Part shown: piece by piece, positions 1 through 8,786 of the stretch
How the letters are laid out: each line of letters starts with the position of its first letter
How positions within the stretch are numbered: position 1 is the first letter of the stretch
Sequence record: SRR31156797_5448
Length of the DNA stretch: 32,455 nt
Direction: 5' to 3' (one strand)
Notes under the pieces: generated by a model
The model's database searches: none
Seen by the model: only the letters and a program-made list of their open reading frames with translations
What the model was told of the DNA's origin: nothing
Made by a program: the position numbers and the translations under genes

Positions 1-219
1 CCAGCCGTAATCTTCCGGGCAGATCGACCAGGATTCCACAATACCCCACTGGCTGTATGCTCCCCAATGCATCAGCAATCCAAATTTCATGTCCTGCCAC
101 TGTTCCAGTTTTTCAAGCACCAGCGGGTCGGTTTCAGGCACATATTTTTCCTCTTCCTGCGCTTCCATGATTATCGATCCAAGTATTACAAGTAAACCGA
201 TCAAAATATTATTTTTCAT
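1..219 (-). CDS. Alpha-L-fucosidase (GH29), N-terminal part, truncated by the window edge
   Basis: Not in the ORF track. Manual translation from ATG at 219: MKNNILIGLLVILGSIIMEAQEEEKYVPETDPLVLEKLEQWQDMKFGLLMHWGAYSQWGIVESWSICPEDYGW. Signal peptide plus the GH29 WxDxKFGxxxHWGxYS motif. Confidence 0.9.
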   Translation of the reverse strand, partial: MKNNILIGLLVILGSIIMEAQEEEKYVPETDPLVLEKLEQWQDMKFGLLMHWGAYSQWGIVESWSICPEDYGW

Positions 220-371
220 TTCAATAAATATCTGAAATTATACATTAAAACCTTCCCATTACTCCTGGTTAGGAAATTGATTTGTGTAAAAATATATTTT
301 TTTGGTGGATGTCTTTTCTCCGGCAGGAATGATATTTGTCGCAAAACCGTAAAAAGTTTTTTATGGCTGTT

Positions 372-400
372 GGAATAAAAAAGGGAATCACTTTGTCAAA
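372..400 (+). promoter_or_regulatory. Putative ECF sigma-dependent (autoregulatory) promoter
   Basis: GGAAT (372-376), 18 nt spacer, GTCAAA (395-400), 21 nt upstream of the sigma start. Matches the GGAAY-N17/18-GTY pattern of ECF promoters. Confidence 0.5.
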
Positions 401-421
401 TCCACAAATACGATAACAAAA

Positions 422-982
422 TTGGCAGGATTAACAGACCAGGAAGATTTAAAATGGATACAGGAAGCGCGCAATGGCGACAAAACGGCGTTTGCAAAGC
501 TGGTACGGAAATACGAACCGGTTGTGGCCTCCACCATTACGGGAATGCTCGGGTATGATGAGGATGCAGAAGATGTGGGCCAGAATGTTTTCATCAGGTT
601 TTACAATGCATTGAAGGATTTTAGGGGAGAGGCGGCACTGGCAACCTATCTGACCCGGATTTCAATCAATCTTTCGCTGAATGAAATTAAAAAGCGAAAA
701 CGACGAAACATGTTTGTGATCAACCGGAGAAGCGATGATCCGGAGCCGGATTTGCCGGATGAGCGAAATGAATCGCAGGCCTATGATGCCAAAGAGGCTG
801 TAAACAAAGCCTTGCAGGAATTGGAACCCAGGTTCAGAAGCGTGGTTGTTTTAAGAATGTTGCAGGGGTATTCAACCACCGAAACAGCAAAAATGCTGAA
901 AATTCCTGCTGGCACCGTGCTCTCAAGGTTGGCCAGGGCACAGGATAAATTGAAAGAAATATTAAAGCACTTAATCGAATAA
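422..982 (+). CDS. RNA polymerase ECF (sigma-70 group 4) sigma factor
   Basis: 186 aa. Region 2 motifs GDKTAFAKLV, DAEDVGQNVF and F(R)GEAALATYLTRISIN; region 4 HTH GYSTTETAKMLKIPAGTVLSRLARA. TTG start. Confidence 0.95.
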   Translation: MAGLTDQEDLKWIQEARNGDKTAFAKLVRKYEPVVASTITGMLGYDEDAEDVGQNVFIRFYNALKDFRGEAALATYLTRISINLSLNEIKKRKRRNMFVINRRSDDPEPDLPDERNESQAYDAKEAVNKALQELEPRFRSVVVLRMLQGYSTTETAKMLKIPAGTVLSRLARAQDKLKEILKHLIE

Positions 983-984
983 CA

Positions 985-1374
985 ATGGATAACGAAGCCC
1001 TCAGATTATTAAAATTGTCTTACGATCAGGAATTGAGTGAGACCCAAAGCGAGATGCTTGAAAATGCATTGCGGTCAGATTCTGAGCTAAAGGCTGAAGC
1101 GATAAAGCTTCAAAAACTCAGAGACCTGATGTACCAGGACGAGACAGGATTCAGCCCGTTTTTTACCGAAAAGGTAATGAACCGCATTGATTTGCTGGAA
1201 AGCGATGGATACAGATTTGCATTTTCGCGCATTGCCATACCCAGCCTTGCAGCCGCTATTATCCTCTTATTGATTTCTTTCTGGGGAGGACAATCATTTT
1301 CATTCGATGCCTTAATGGGCGTTGAAAACCTGCAACCCGAATATATTACCGAGTTTTTATTGTATACCAACTAA
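985..1374 (+). CDS. Putative membrane-anchored anti-sigma factor
   Basis: Starts 2 nt after the sigma stop. N-terminal anti-sigma-like helices (YDQELSETQSEMLENAL), FSPFFTEKVMNRI motif and one TM helix (IAIPSLAAAIILLLISFW). Confidence 0.7.
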   Translation: MDNEALRLLKLSYDQELSETQSEMLENALRSDSELKAEAIKLQKLRDLMYQDETGFSPFFTEKVMNRIDLLESDGYRFAFSRIAIPSLAAAIILLLISFWGGQSFSFDALMGVENLQPEYITEFLLYTN

Positions 1375-1384
1375 TCGAAATACC

Positions 1385-1801
1385 ATGAGTAAAAGGCCCA
1401 TATTATTAATAGCCATCACCCTGATCATTGGATTTGCAATTGGTTTTCTGGTCAATGGCCAGATCACCAGACAAAAGTTTAAAAAATTCATGAACCAGGA
1501 ATACAACATGGCGTTCAAGCACAGGATGATGGAGATCATCAGGCCGGATGAAAGTCAGGTGAAGAAAATTGAACCCATCCTTGATGAATATGCCGAAAAA
1601 GTACATGAGAACCTCAGGGAGTCCAAAGAAAATTTAGAATCGTTGCACAACGAACTGATGGAAGAAATTGAGCCCTTTTTAAATGACCGTCAGAAAGAGC
1701 GGCTTAAAGAGGCCCAATCACGATTCGAAAGAAGTAAAAAAAGAGGGCCCCGGCCACCGGGACCACCTCACGGTGGCAGGCACCAGGATAAAAGACGATA
1801 A
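1385..1801 (+). CDS. Membrane-anchored periplasmic helical protein, Spy/CpxP/CnrX (heavy-metal resistance)-like
   Basis: Likely start is ATG 1385 (MSKRPILLIAITLIIGFAIGFLV, one TM helix). LTxxQ-like motifs IRPDESQVKKI and LNDRQKERL; Pro/Gly/His-rich tail. Confidence 0.6.
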   Translation: MSKRPILLIAITLIIGFAIGFLVNGQITRQKFKKFMNQEYNMAFKHRMMEIIRPDESQVKKIEPILDEYAEKVHENLRESKENLESLHNELMEEIEPFLNDRQKERLKEAQSRFERSKKRGPRPPGPPHGGRHQDKRR

Positions 1802-1864
1802 CAATTTAATTTAAATCACATATCTTTTATAATCCAAAATATTAACATTTAAACAATTATCACC

Positions 1865-2773
1865 ATGATGAAAAAAATCACATTATTCATGCTGGTTGCC
1901 ATCTTCACAATGTCGGGGAGCCAGGCAACTGCACAAAAAGCCATGTGCCACAGCGCTAAAAAAATCAATAAATCCGAGCGAAAAGAAATGCGGGCGTTTT
2001 TTCAGGAAAACATTGCTCCCGTTCTCAAAATCCAACGTGCTGAACTTGACAAACAAATTTCATCGGAAGATCAAGCCCGGATTGAGGAGCTGAGAACAGA
2101 AATAAAAGCCCAAAGAACCCTGATGCGGGAAAAGAAAATGGCGATGAAGGTTGGCGAAGAAAAGCCAACTGCAGACCAGCGGAAGGAGGTGCGCGTGATG
2201 CGGAACAAAATGCACAACCTGATGAATGAGGTTGAAATATTATCGGAAAAGTACCATAATGAAATCTTTGCAGCTTTAGAACCCGTAAAGGAAAATGCCG
2301 AAACCTGGAGAAGAGATATGCGCGAAATGCATCAAAATATGGATAGGCCGGAACGCCCACAGGCCAGAGGCGAAAAGTGCAACAGGCCGCCGGGAGACGG
2401 CAGGCCGGGTCATCATAAAAATCCGATGAACAGGCTGATGAATCCGGTACATTTCCTGCTCTGGAATCCCGATGAAGCAATGCCGTTTTTTGATGATGAA
2501 GCTGCGATGGATGATCTCATCAGGATAAATCTTTTCCCAAACCCTGCTTCAACAAATGTACAGGTTTCAGTAGAACTTGCGGAAGAGCGATCACTGGAGA
2601 TTTCAATCCTTAACAGGGATGGCCGGGAGGTTTTCCCCAGCGAAACAGCTACCACTGATGCCGGGATTTACACAAAAAGCTTTAACCTTTCGGAACTGGA
2701 GAACGGAATCTATTTTGTGAAGGTAAAAGCCGGCGAATTCAATAAAATTGAGCAATTGATCATCCAGAAATAG
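1865..2773 (+). CDS. T9SS type A CTD-containing secreted protein with an all-helical, Met/Arg-rich N-terminal domain
   Basis: Signal peptide, coiled-coil-like body, and a C-terminal sorting domain (INLFPNPA...LSELENGIYFVKV...LIIQK). Confidence 0.85.
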   Translation: MMKKITLFMLVAIFTMSGSQATAQKAMCHSAKKINKSERKEMRAFFQENIAPVLKIQRAELDKQISSEDQARIEELRTEIKAQRTLMREKKMAMKVGEEKPTADQRKEVRVMRNKMHNLMNEVEILSEKYHNEIFAALEPVKENAETWRRDMREMHQNMDRPERPQARGEKCNRPPGDGRPGHHKNPMNRLMNPVHFLLWNPDEAMPFFDDEAAMDDLIRINLFPNPASTNVQVSVELAEERSLEISILNRDGREVFPSETATTDAGIYTKSFNLSELENGIYFVKVKAGEFNKIEQLIIQK

Positions 2774-2794
2774 TTGAACGAAAATTTTATTATG

Positions 2795-2828
2795 AGCTCC
2801 ATTCTCTTTGAGGGTGGAGCTTTTTTTT
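2795..2828 (+). terminator. Rho-independent terminator of the ECF operon
   Basis: Stem AGCTCCATTCTC / GAGGGTGGAGCT (two G-U pairs), TTT loop, then T8. Confidence 0.85.
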
Positions 2829-2837
2829 GTTCAGGGG

Positions 2838-3758
2838 TTATTCACCCTCCCGGGGCTCCCAACCGTAATCTACATACTCCCATTCAAACGCATCACCCCG
2901 GGTTTTAACCATCACAAAGCCCTCTTCTACACCATAATAATCACCCGTCCACCATGCACCGGAAATGGCACCACCAGTAACAAATGTTACTCCGTTTACA
3001 ACAATTTCTTCCAGGATATGCATGTGTCCCTGGAGCACGAGTTTTAAATTGTGATTTTCGAAAAGCTTCAAAATATCAGGTGTGTTTTTAACCACAATGT
3101 TGGGTTTGTTTTGGTAAAATGGATCCTGAATCACATTGTGAAAAACGGTTGTGAAGGGAATATGGGTAGAGATAACAATTGGAGTTTTGGCTTCAACTTT
3201 CTCTAAATCTTCTTTGAGCCATTCCACCTGCAGCGAATCAATATTGCCAATGTATGCATTTCCTTCAGGTGCTTCATCCACGGAATTCAATATTATGAAG
3301 TGCCATCCTTTGTGATCAAATGAATAATAACTTTCGCCAATTCGTTTTTCGAACATCTTTTCTCCAAATTCAGGATGGTCGCGATTCGCGCCACTCTTCT
3401 CGTAAAAACCATAAATTTCATGGTTCCCAAGGGTGTTATAAACCGGTATTTGAAACCGCTCAGCAGCTTGTTTATAAATTTTATAAAGCGAATCGGAACG
3501 TTCCCAGGTTTGCCCCAGTGCATCCATAATTAAATCACCACCTGTAATCACAAAATCCGGATTTAATTGGTTTATGGTATCGATAGCTGTGTGAAAGCCG
3601 CTGATGGCATTACGCTCCGGCTGAATGTGAATATCCGTGATAAATGCAAATCTAAACCCATTTTCGCTTCTTAGGGGAGATTCGCTTTGTTGGTTGCATC
3701 CTGCAATTGATAAACCAATCAGGGCAGTGAGGAAAAATGTGTAATAGTGTCTTTTCAT
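2838..3758 (-). CDS. Calcineurin-like metallophosphoesterase lipoprotein
   Basis: Motifs DIH, GGD, GNHE, STH and GHMH; lipobox-like IAGC after a hydrophobic leader. Confidence 0.9.
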   Translation of the reverse strand: MKRHYYTFFLTALIGLSIAGCNQQSESPLRSENGFRFAFITDIHIQPERNAISGFHTAIDTINQLNPDFVITGGDLIMDALGQTWERSDSLYKIYKQAAERFQIPVYNTLGNHEIYGFYEKSGANRDHPEFGEKMFEKRIGESYYSFDHKGWHFIILNSVDEAPEGNAYIGNIDSLQVEWLKEDLEKVEAKTPIVISTHIPFTTVFHNVIQDPFYQNKPNIVVKNTPDILKLFENHNLKLVLQGHMHILEEIVVNGVTFVTGGAISGAWWTGDYYGVEEGFVMVKTRGDAFEWEYVDYGWEPREGE

Positions 3759-3787
3759 TTCATACTAATTTTGGTTTGAGCCAGCAG

Positions 3788-3795
3788 CAAAACTA
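3788..3795 (-). promoter_or_regulatory. Bacteroidota housekeeping -7 promoter element
   Basis: TAGTTTTG on the minus strand (TAnnTTTG consensus), about 30 nt upstream of the metallophosphoesterase start. Confidence 0.5.
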
Positions 3796-3892
3796 TGAAA
3801 CTTTCAGCGTATTCATTAACATTTCCTGTCCATTTGTGTTCTAAAGATTAAGTTAAACCGGATGCCTGATTAAAAGCAATGGCTCAGTTTAC

Positions 3893-3900
3893 TATATTTG
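3893..3900 (+). promoter_or_regulatory. Bacteroidota housekeeping -7 promoter element
   Basis: TATATTTG, 48 nt upstream of the S8 peptidase start. Confidence 0.55.
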
Positions 3901-3948
3901 TGCTTTTATATGAATTCAAATTGATTATTAACGCTTTAACTCCTACTC

Positions 3949-6900
3949 ATGAAAAGACAGACCAACTTTCTTGTTTTGATGTTTACAGTCATGTTATTAC
4001 TGTCGGTAATTTCGATGGCGCAAAAACAAAACGACTACACCCTTCACTTTAAAAACCTCATTGTTGAACCTGCTGAAAATGCCGGCATCTCTGAACTTCC
4101 GGAAATGCTTGCTTCAGACAAAACATTCGATGGTAAAATCTACAGGATTATTCAATTCAACAAAATACCGTCAAGCTCTACACGGCAAGCCCTGTCAGAA
4201 AATGGAATTGTCCTGATGGATTATATTCCTCATTTCGGGTATTTTGCAGCCATTGATCAGGAATTCACAATTGATGAAATTACCAATACCGATGTAAGAA
4301 GTATCATTGAGATTAATCGCAGCATAAAACTGGCTCCCATGCTTTACGAGGAAAGCTATCCGGATTATGCACTCCGTGGGGATGGACGAATTGCATTGTT
4401 GGTAACCTATTTTGAACCCGCTGAAGTTGAACTGGTAACCAGGTCACTTCAGGAAAATGGTTCAGAGATCATCAGCCATCAGCCTCAGGGAAGGTTTATT
4501 CACCTTGTTTCTGATATTGAAAATATTGAGCAACTGGCAAAACTGCCATTCGTTAATTATATCGAACCTATTTATCCGCATCCTGAGCCTGAGAACTATA
4601 CAGGACGTACATTACACCGCTCCAACAACATCGCCAATGATTTTTCTGCCGGTCGTCACTATGATGGCACAGGCGTAAGTGTTATGCTCCAGGACGATGG
4701 AAAAGTCGGCCCACACATCGATTTCGAGGGCAGGCTTTTGGAACAGTTTATTGGATATTTTGGCGGTGACCACGGAGACCACTGTGCAGGCATTATCGGT
4801 GCAGCAGGTAACCTTGATCCAAAAGCCCGCGGAAACGCTTTTGGTGCCAATCTTTATACTTATGGTGCCGCACCCGAATACCCGGGTTTCAGCACCATCC
4901 CTTCGCACTATTTCACAAAAAATATACGTGTTACTTCTACTTCATACAGCAACGGATGTAATGCCGGCTACACCACACTTGCCCGTTCACTGGATATGCA
5001 AATTATCAACTATCCGGCTCTGATGCATGTTTTTTCTGCCGGAAACGACGGTAACAGCAACTGTGGTTATGGTGCTGGTGCAGGATGGGGTAATATTACA
5101 GGAGGCCATAAGGTAGGTAAAAACGTAATGACTGTTGCCAACCTGGATTACCAGGATAACCTTTCCGGTTCGAGTAGCCGTGGCCCGGCTCACGATGGCC
5201 GTATAAAACCGGATATTGCTGCCAAAGGAACAAGTGTTTACTCTACTTTGCCCGATAATACTTACGGAAATAAAACCGGGACTTCAATGTCATGCCCGGG
5301 CGTTGCCGGGGTGATGGCGCAACTTTTTCATGCCTTCAGAGAGATGAATGATAACATGGACCCCAAAGGTGGCCTGCTCAAGGCCATTGCATTGAACACT
5401 GCTGAAGACCTGGGAAATTTTGGGCCGGACTTTAAATTCGGTTGGGGCCGCATCAATGCTTTGCGTGCAGTTCAAGTGCTCGAAGAAGGCAGATATGATT
5501 CTGCAATGATTGAAAACGGACAAACACTAACCCATGAATTTGAAGTACCTGCAAATACCGGTCAGGTTAAGGTTATGGTTTACTGGACCGATCATGAAGG
5601 TTCAGTAAATACAAACTGGGCCCTTGTTAATAATATTGACATTACTGTTACCGATCCATCCAGCGAAGAATGGATGCCATGGGTTTTGAATCACTACCCG
5701 CATGCCGACAGTCTGGATATGCCGGCAAAAAGAGGCTCTGATGACCGCAACAACATGGAGCAGGTTACCATTGAGAACCCGGCAGAAGGCACCTATACTT
5801 TAATAGTTGACGGAAAAAACATCCCGGAAGGGCCGCAACAGTACTTTGTGGTCTATGAATTCATCCCCACGGAAGTAGTACTCACTTACCCGTTTGGTGG
5901 CGAAAAATTTACACCCGGACAGGAAGAAGTGATCCGCTGGGATGCATATAGTGACGAAGGAGATTTTACGCTGGAATATTCATTGAATAATGGCGATACA
6001 TGGAACCTGATCAGTGAAACCATTGACGGAGACGAGAGGCTTTTTACATGGGACGTTCCAACGGGAATGACCAGTGAAGCCAAAATAAGGATATCACGCG
6101 ATGGTTCCTCATCGGTAAATAACGAGCCATTTTCGCTCATGCCTGTACCCACCGATCTTACTGTTGAATGGGCCTGCGACGATGCACTGCTGCTCAGTTG
6201 GGTTGAAGTTTATGGTGCGGAAAGTTATACAGTATACCAGCTTGGCGAAAAATACATGGAGCCTGTGGCAACAAGCGACGTGAATTCCGTGATTCTGGAT
6301 GATATCAGTTCTTCAGAAACCAACTGGTTTGCTGTATCTGCAACCGGACCTGATGGAGCCGAAAGCCAACGTACGCTGGCTATTGAAAAATCGTCCGGAA
6401 CATTTAACTGCAATGCACACGATGCTATGATGGTATCTGCACCTTCCGTTGAGTGGGGTGTGTTCCAGTCGGCTATGAACATCGACGATCTCACGGTCAC
6501 CGTTGAAATGAGAAACTTTGGACTTGAGCCGATCACCGATCCAACATTTGGCTTTCAGCTTGATGACGGGACCGAGATATCCGAGACTTATTCCGGAACC
6601 ATAGCACCCAACGAGTCTTTCATGTACACATTCACCGAAACCTTCCAGCTTCCGGAACTTGGGGATTACGTTCTAAAAACCTGGGTTGATTATGACCTGG
6701 ATCAGAATCCGGATAACGACATGATTGAAACTCCAATCGAACTGATTGAAGGTTCCGTAATGAACCCGGGTAACACCCAAACGCTCGAAGGCTTTGATAA
6801 CTGCATCCCGGCACCCATATGTGAACTTAACACCTGCGATCTGGGTGAAGGGTGGATAAACCTGACCAATACCGAGAACGATGATATCGACTGGATTACC

Positions 6901-7587
6901 TGGCACGGTGGGACCAACACTTTCAATACGGGCCCCGAAGTAGATCACACTACCGGAACCGACGATGGTAAGTTCCTCTACCTTGAGGCTTCGGTTATTT
7001 GTTTTAATAAAATGGCTGTGCTCATGGCTCCCGGAATCGACCTTACCGGTGGTGTAAGCCCTGCTCTTGATTTTTGGTATCATGCTTATGGTGCAGATAT
7101 GGGCAGGCTGCATGTGGATGTTTTTGACGGTTCGATGATTCATTATGATGTGATGCAACCGGTTGTTGGTGACCAGGGTGATGAATGGAAAAATGCAGTG
7201 GTTGACCTTTCTGAATTCAATGGAAAAGTAATTGGTTTGCGTTTCAGAGGTTATACAGGAGGCGCCGATAAGAGCGACCTTGCACTCGATGATATCACCA
7301 TCACCGATGTAACCGGCGTAGAAGATATTGATACTGATAATGCACTCAGCCTTTATCCAAACCCAACCACCGGAATGGTGAACCTTTCGTTGAACCACGA
7401 AAAGGACGGCCAAATAAACATTGAGATATTCGATATTTCCGGCCGCCTGGTGTATAATGAAACATCGGATGGATTTGGTGGTACACTGAATCGGGCCCTT
7501 GATCTTTCAAAATTGGATAAAGGAGTTTACTTCGTAAAAGTTAAAACTGCTACATTTGAATACAACCAAAAACTGACGATTCAATAG
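3949..7587 (+). CDS. S8 (subtilisin-family) serine peptidase with Ig/FN3/CARDB-like modules, MAM domain and T9SS CTD
   Basis: Catalytic motifs LQDDG (Asp), DHGDHCAG (His), SAGNDG (oxyanion Asn) and GTSMSCPG (Ser). MAM-like GPEVDHTTG...FLYLEAS...FWYHAYGADMGRL...DLALDDI. C-terminal LYPNPTTG...LDKGVYFVKV. Confidence 0.93.
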   Translation: MKRQTNFLVLMFTVMLLLSVISMAQKQNDYTLHFKNLIVEPAENAGISELPEMLASDKTFDGKIYRIIQFNKIPSSSTRQALSENGIVLMDYIPHFGYFAAIDQEFTIDEITNTDVRSIIEINRSIKLAPMLYEESYPDYALRGDGRIALLVTYFEPAEVELVTRSLQENGSEIISHQPQGRFIHLVSDIENIEQLAKLPFVNYIEPIYPHPEPENYTGRTLHRSNNIANDFSAGRHYDGTGVSVMLQDDGKVGPHIDFEGRLLEQFIGYFGGDHGDHCAGIIGAAGNLDPKARGNAFGANLYTYGAAPEYPGFSTIPSHYFTKNIRVTSTSYSNGCNAGYTTLARSLDMQIINYPALMHVFSAGNDGNSNCGYGAGAGWGNITGGHKVGKNVMTVANLDYQDNLSGSSSRGPAHDGRIKPDIAAKGTSVYSTLPDNTYGNKTGTSMSCPGVAGVMAQLFHAFREMNDNMDPKGGLLKAIALNTAEDLGNFGPDFKFGWGRINALRAVQVLEEGRYDSAMIENGQTLTHEFEVPANTGQVKVMVYWTDHEGSVNTNWALVNNIDITVTDPSSEEWMPWVLNHYPHADSLDMPAKRGSDDRNNMEQVTIENPAEGTYTLIVDGKNIPEGPQQYFVVYEFIPTEVVLTYPFGGEKFTPGQEEVIRWDAYSDEGDFTLEYSLNNGDTWNLISETIDGDERLFTWDVPTGMTSEAKIRISRDGSSSVNNEPFSLMPVPTDLTVEWACDDALLLSWVEVYGAESYTVYQLGEKYMEPVATSDVNSVILDDISSSETNWFAVSATGPDGAESQRTLAIEKSSGTFNCNAHDAMMVSAPSVEWGVFQSAMNIDDLTVTVEMRNFGLEPITDPTFGFQLDDGTEISETYSGTIAPNESFMYTFTETFQLPELGDYVLKTWVDYDLDQNPDNDMIETPIELIEGSVMNPGNTQTLEGFDNCIPAPICELNTCDLGEGWINLTNTENDDIDWITWHGGTNTFNTGPEVDHTTGTDDGKFLYLEASVICFNKMAVLMAPGIDLTGGVSPALDFWYHAYGADMGRLHVDVFDGSMIHYDVMQPVVGDQGDEWKNAVVDLSEFNGKVIGLRFRGYTGGADKSDLALDDITITDVTGVEDIDTDNALSLYPNPTTGMVNLSLNHEKDGQINIEIFDISGRLVYNETSDGFGGTLNRALDLSKLDKGVYFVKVKTATFEYNQKLTIQ

Positions 7588-7610
7588 TAAGAAATAAAAT
7601 TGGAATTTCT

Positions 7611-7640
7611 AAAAAGCTCTCCTTCGGGAGGGCTTTTTTT
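7611..7640. terminator. Bidirectional rho-independent terminator
   Basis: AAAAAGCTCTCC-TTCG-GGAGGGCTTTTTTT (cUUCGg loop) between convergent genes. Confidence 0.9.
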
Positions 7641-8700
7641 ATTCAGCTTGTTTTCCCAGTAAAAATGATAAGGGTCTTGTAATGGGATCAAAAACAAAAT
7701 ACTGGACAATCACAAGTTCCTGCTCCTTTTCGAGCCAGGCATAAAGCCTGTTTACATCATATGGCAAAAGGTTGCCATCAAGGTCTTCCTGTTGCACGAT
7801 ATTGGCCCGCCTGAAGGTTGTAACTTTGGTTGTGTTCCCGTTTGTATCAGTTAGCTCAATGATATGAGCAGGAGTTTGTGAAGTGATGGAATCCTGATAT
7901 TCCGGTGTGATATTCTCATATGACATTTCGAAACGAATATCCCGGTAGGCATTGATAAAATCAATGACTCGTGTGGTATCAAAACCGTTAAAAACATCTC
8001 CGGTTGAAAGTTGCTTCAATTGAACATCCTGATCGCTGAGTTTGTCAATTCTGAACGATTCCTGTGGTTGCTGAGGAAACTCAACCTGGATAGCACTTAT
8101 CTGGGCTGGGTTTTTAGCGAAAATAGTATGGTCGCGCCAATCACTTTCAAATGCTGTATAACGGGCTGAAACGTACCCCTTAAATCCGGGAATGTAAACC
8201 ACGAATGGTGTATCCGACCCTTCTTTCAACATAAATGTTCCCATATTATCCGGGGTTGCGGGGCCTACGTAATACACCATGGTCATTTTTTCGTGTGGGA
8301 AAAGTTTGATTACATTAAACAGATTGACACGTGGTACAACCTGGTAAATCTCCACTTTCACCGAAGTGGCAGCCAGACGCCTGATCACGGTATTGTAGCT
8401 CGATTTTGAAACCGGCGCTTTCACGGCCAGTTTTTGCATGGTGTTAAGTAAGAGTTCCACACCCTCATCGCGGGCTCTTAGTGAGTCGTTGAGCGACCAG
8501 TAGCCAGGTTCAATCTCTTTGAGCAGTACTTCATTGCCTTGCATATCGGCCATGTAGATTTTGTTTACCGAGGCTGTATCGTTAATGGCAAAATCACCAA
8601 TCTCGCTTCGCAGGGTTTTATCCCGGTTTTGCATGATTAAAATCACAGCCACAGCGGCCAGAATTATTACCAATATAATTGTCAGTCTGTTTCTTTTCAT
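7639..8700 (-). CDS. DUF4340-like membrane-anchored protein associated with gldFG
   Basis: N-terminal TM helix and a beta-rich periplasmic body with a WRDHTIF motif; lies downstream of gldG. The family call comes from context and motif recall. Confidence 0.6.
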   Translation of the reverse strand: MKRNRLTIILVIILAAVAVILIMQNRDKTLRSEIGDFAINDTASVNKIYMADMQGNEVLLKEIEPGYWSLNDSLRARDEGVELLLNTMQKLAVKAPVSKSSYNTVIRRLAATSVKVEIYQVVPRVNLFNVIKLFPHEKMTMVYYVGPATPDNMGTFMLKEGSDTPFVVYIPGFKGYVSARYTAFESDWRDHTIFAKNPAQISAIQVEFPQQPQESFRIDKLSDQDVQLKQLSTGDVFNGFDTTRVIDFINAYRDIRFEMSYENITPEYQDSITSQTPAHIIELTDTNGNTTKVTTFRRANIVQQEDLDGNLLPYDVNRLYAWLEKEQELVIVQYFVFDPITRPLSFLLGKQAE

Positions 8701-8751
8701 ATCTGATTAAATAAACCAGTCAATTAAAATTCAATATTAAACTGATTGATA

Positions 8752-8759
8752 CAAATGTA
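8752..8759 (-). promoter_or_regulatory. Bacteroidota -7 promoter element for the DUF4340-like gene
   Basis: TACATTTG on the minus strand, 52 nt upstream of the start. Confidence 0.5.
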
Positions 8760-8786
8760 AATCGGGATAGATTATTGCCCTTTTTG

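Noticed and set aside
6673-7413. 246 aa antisense ORF inside the S8 protease
   Set aside because: Shadow frame of a strongly supported gene, with no motifs.
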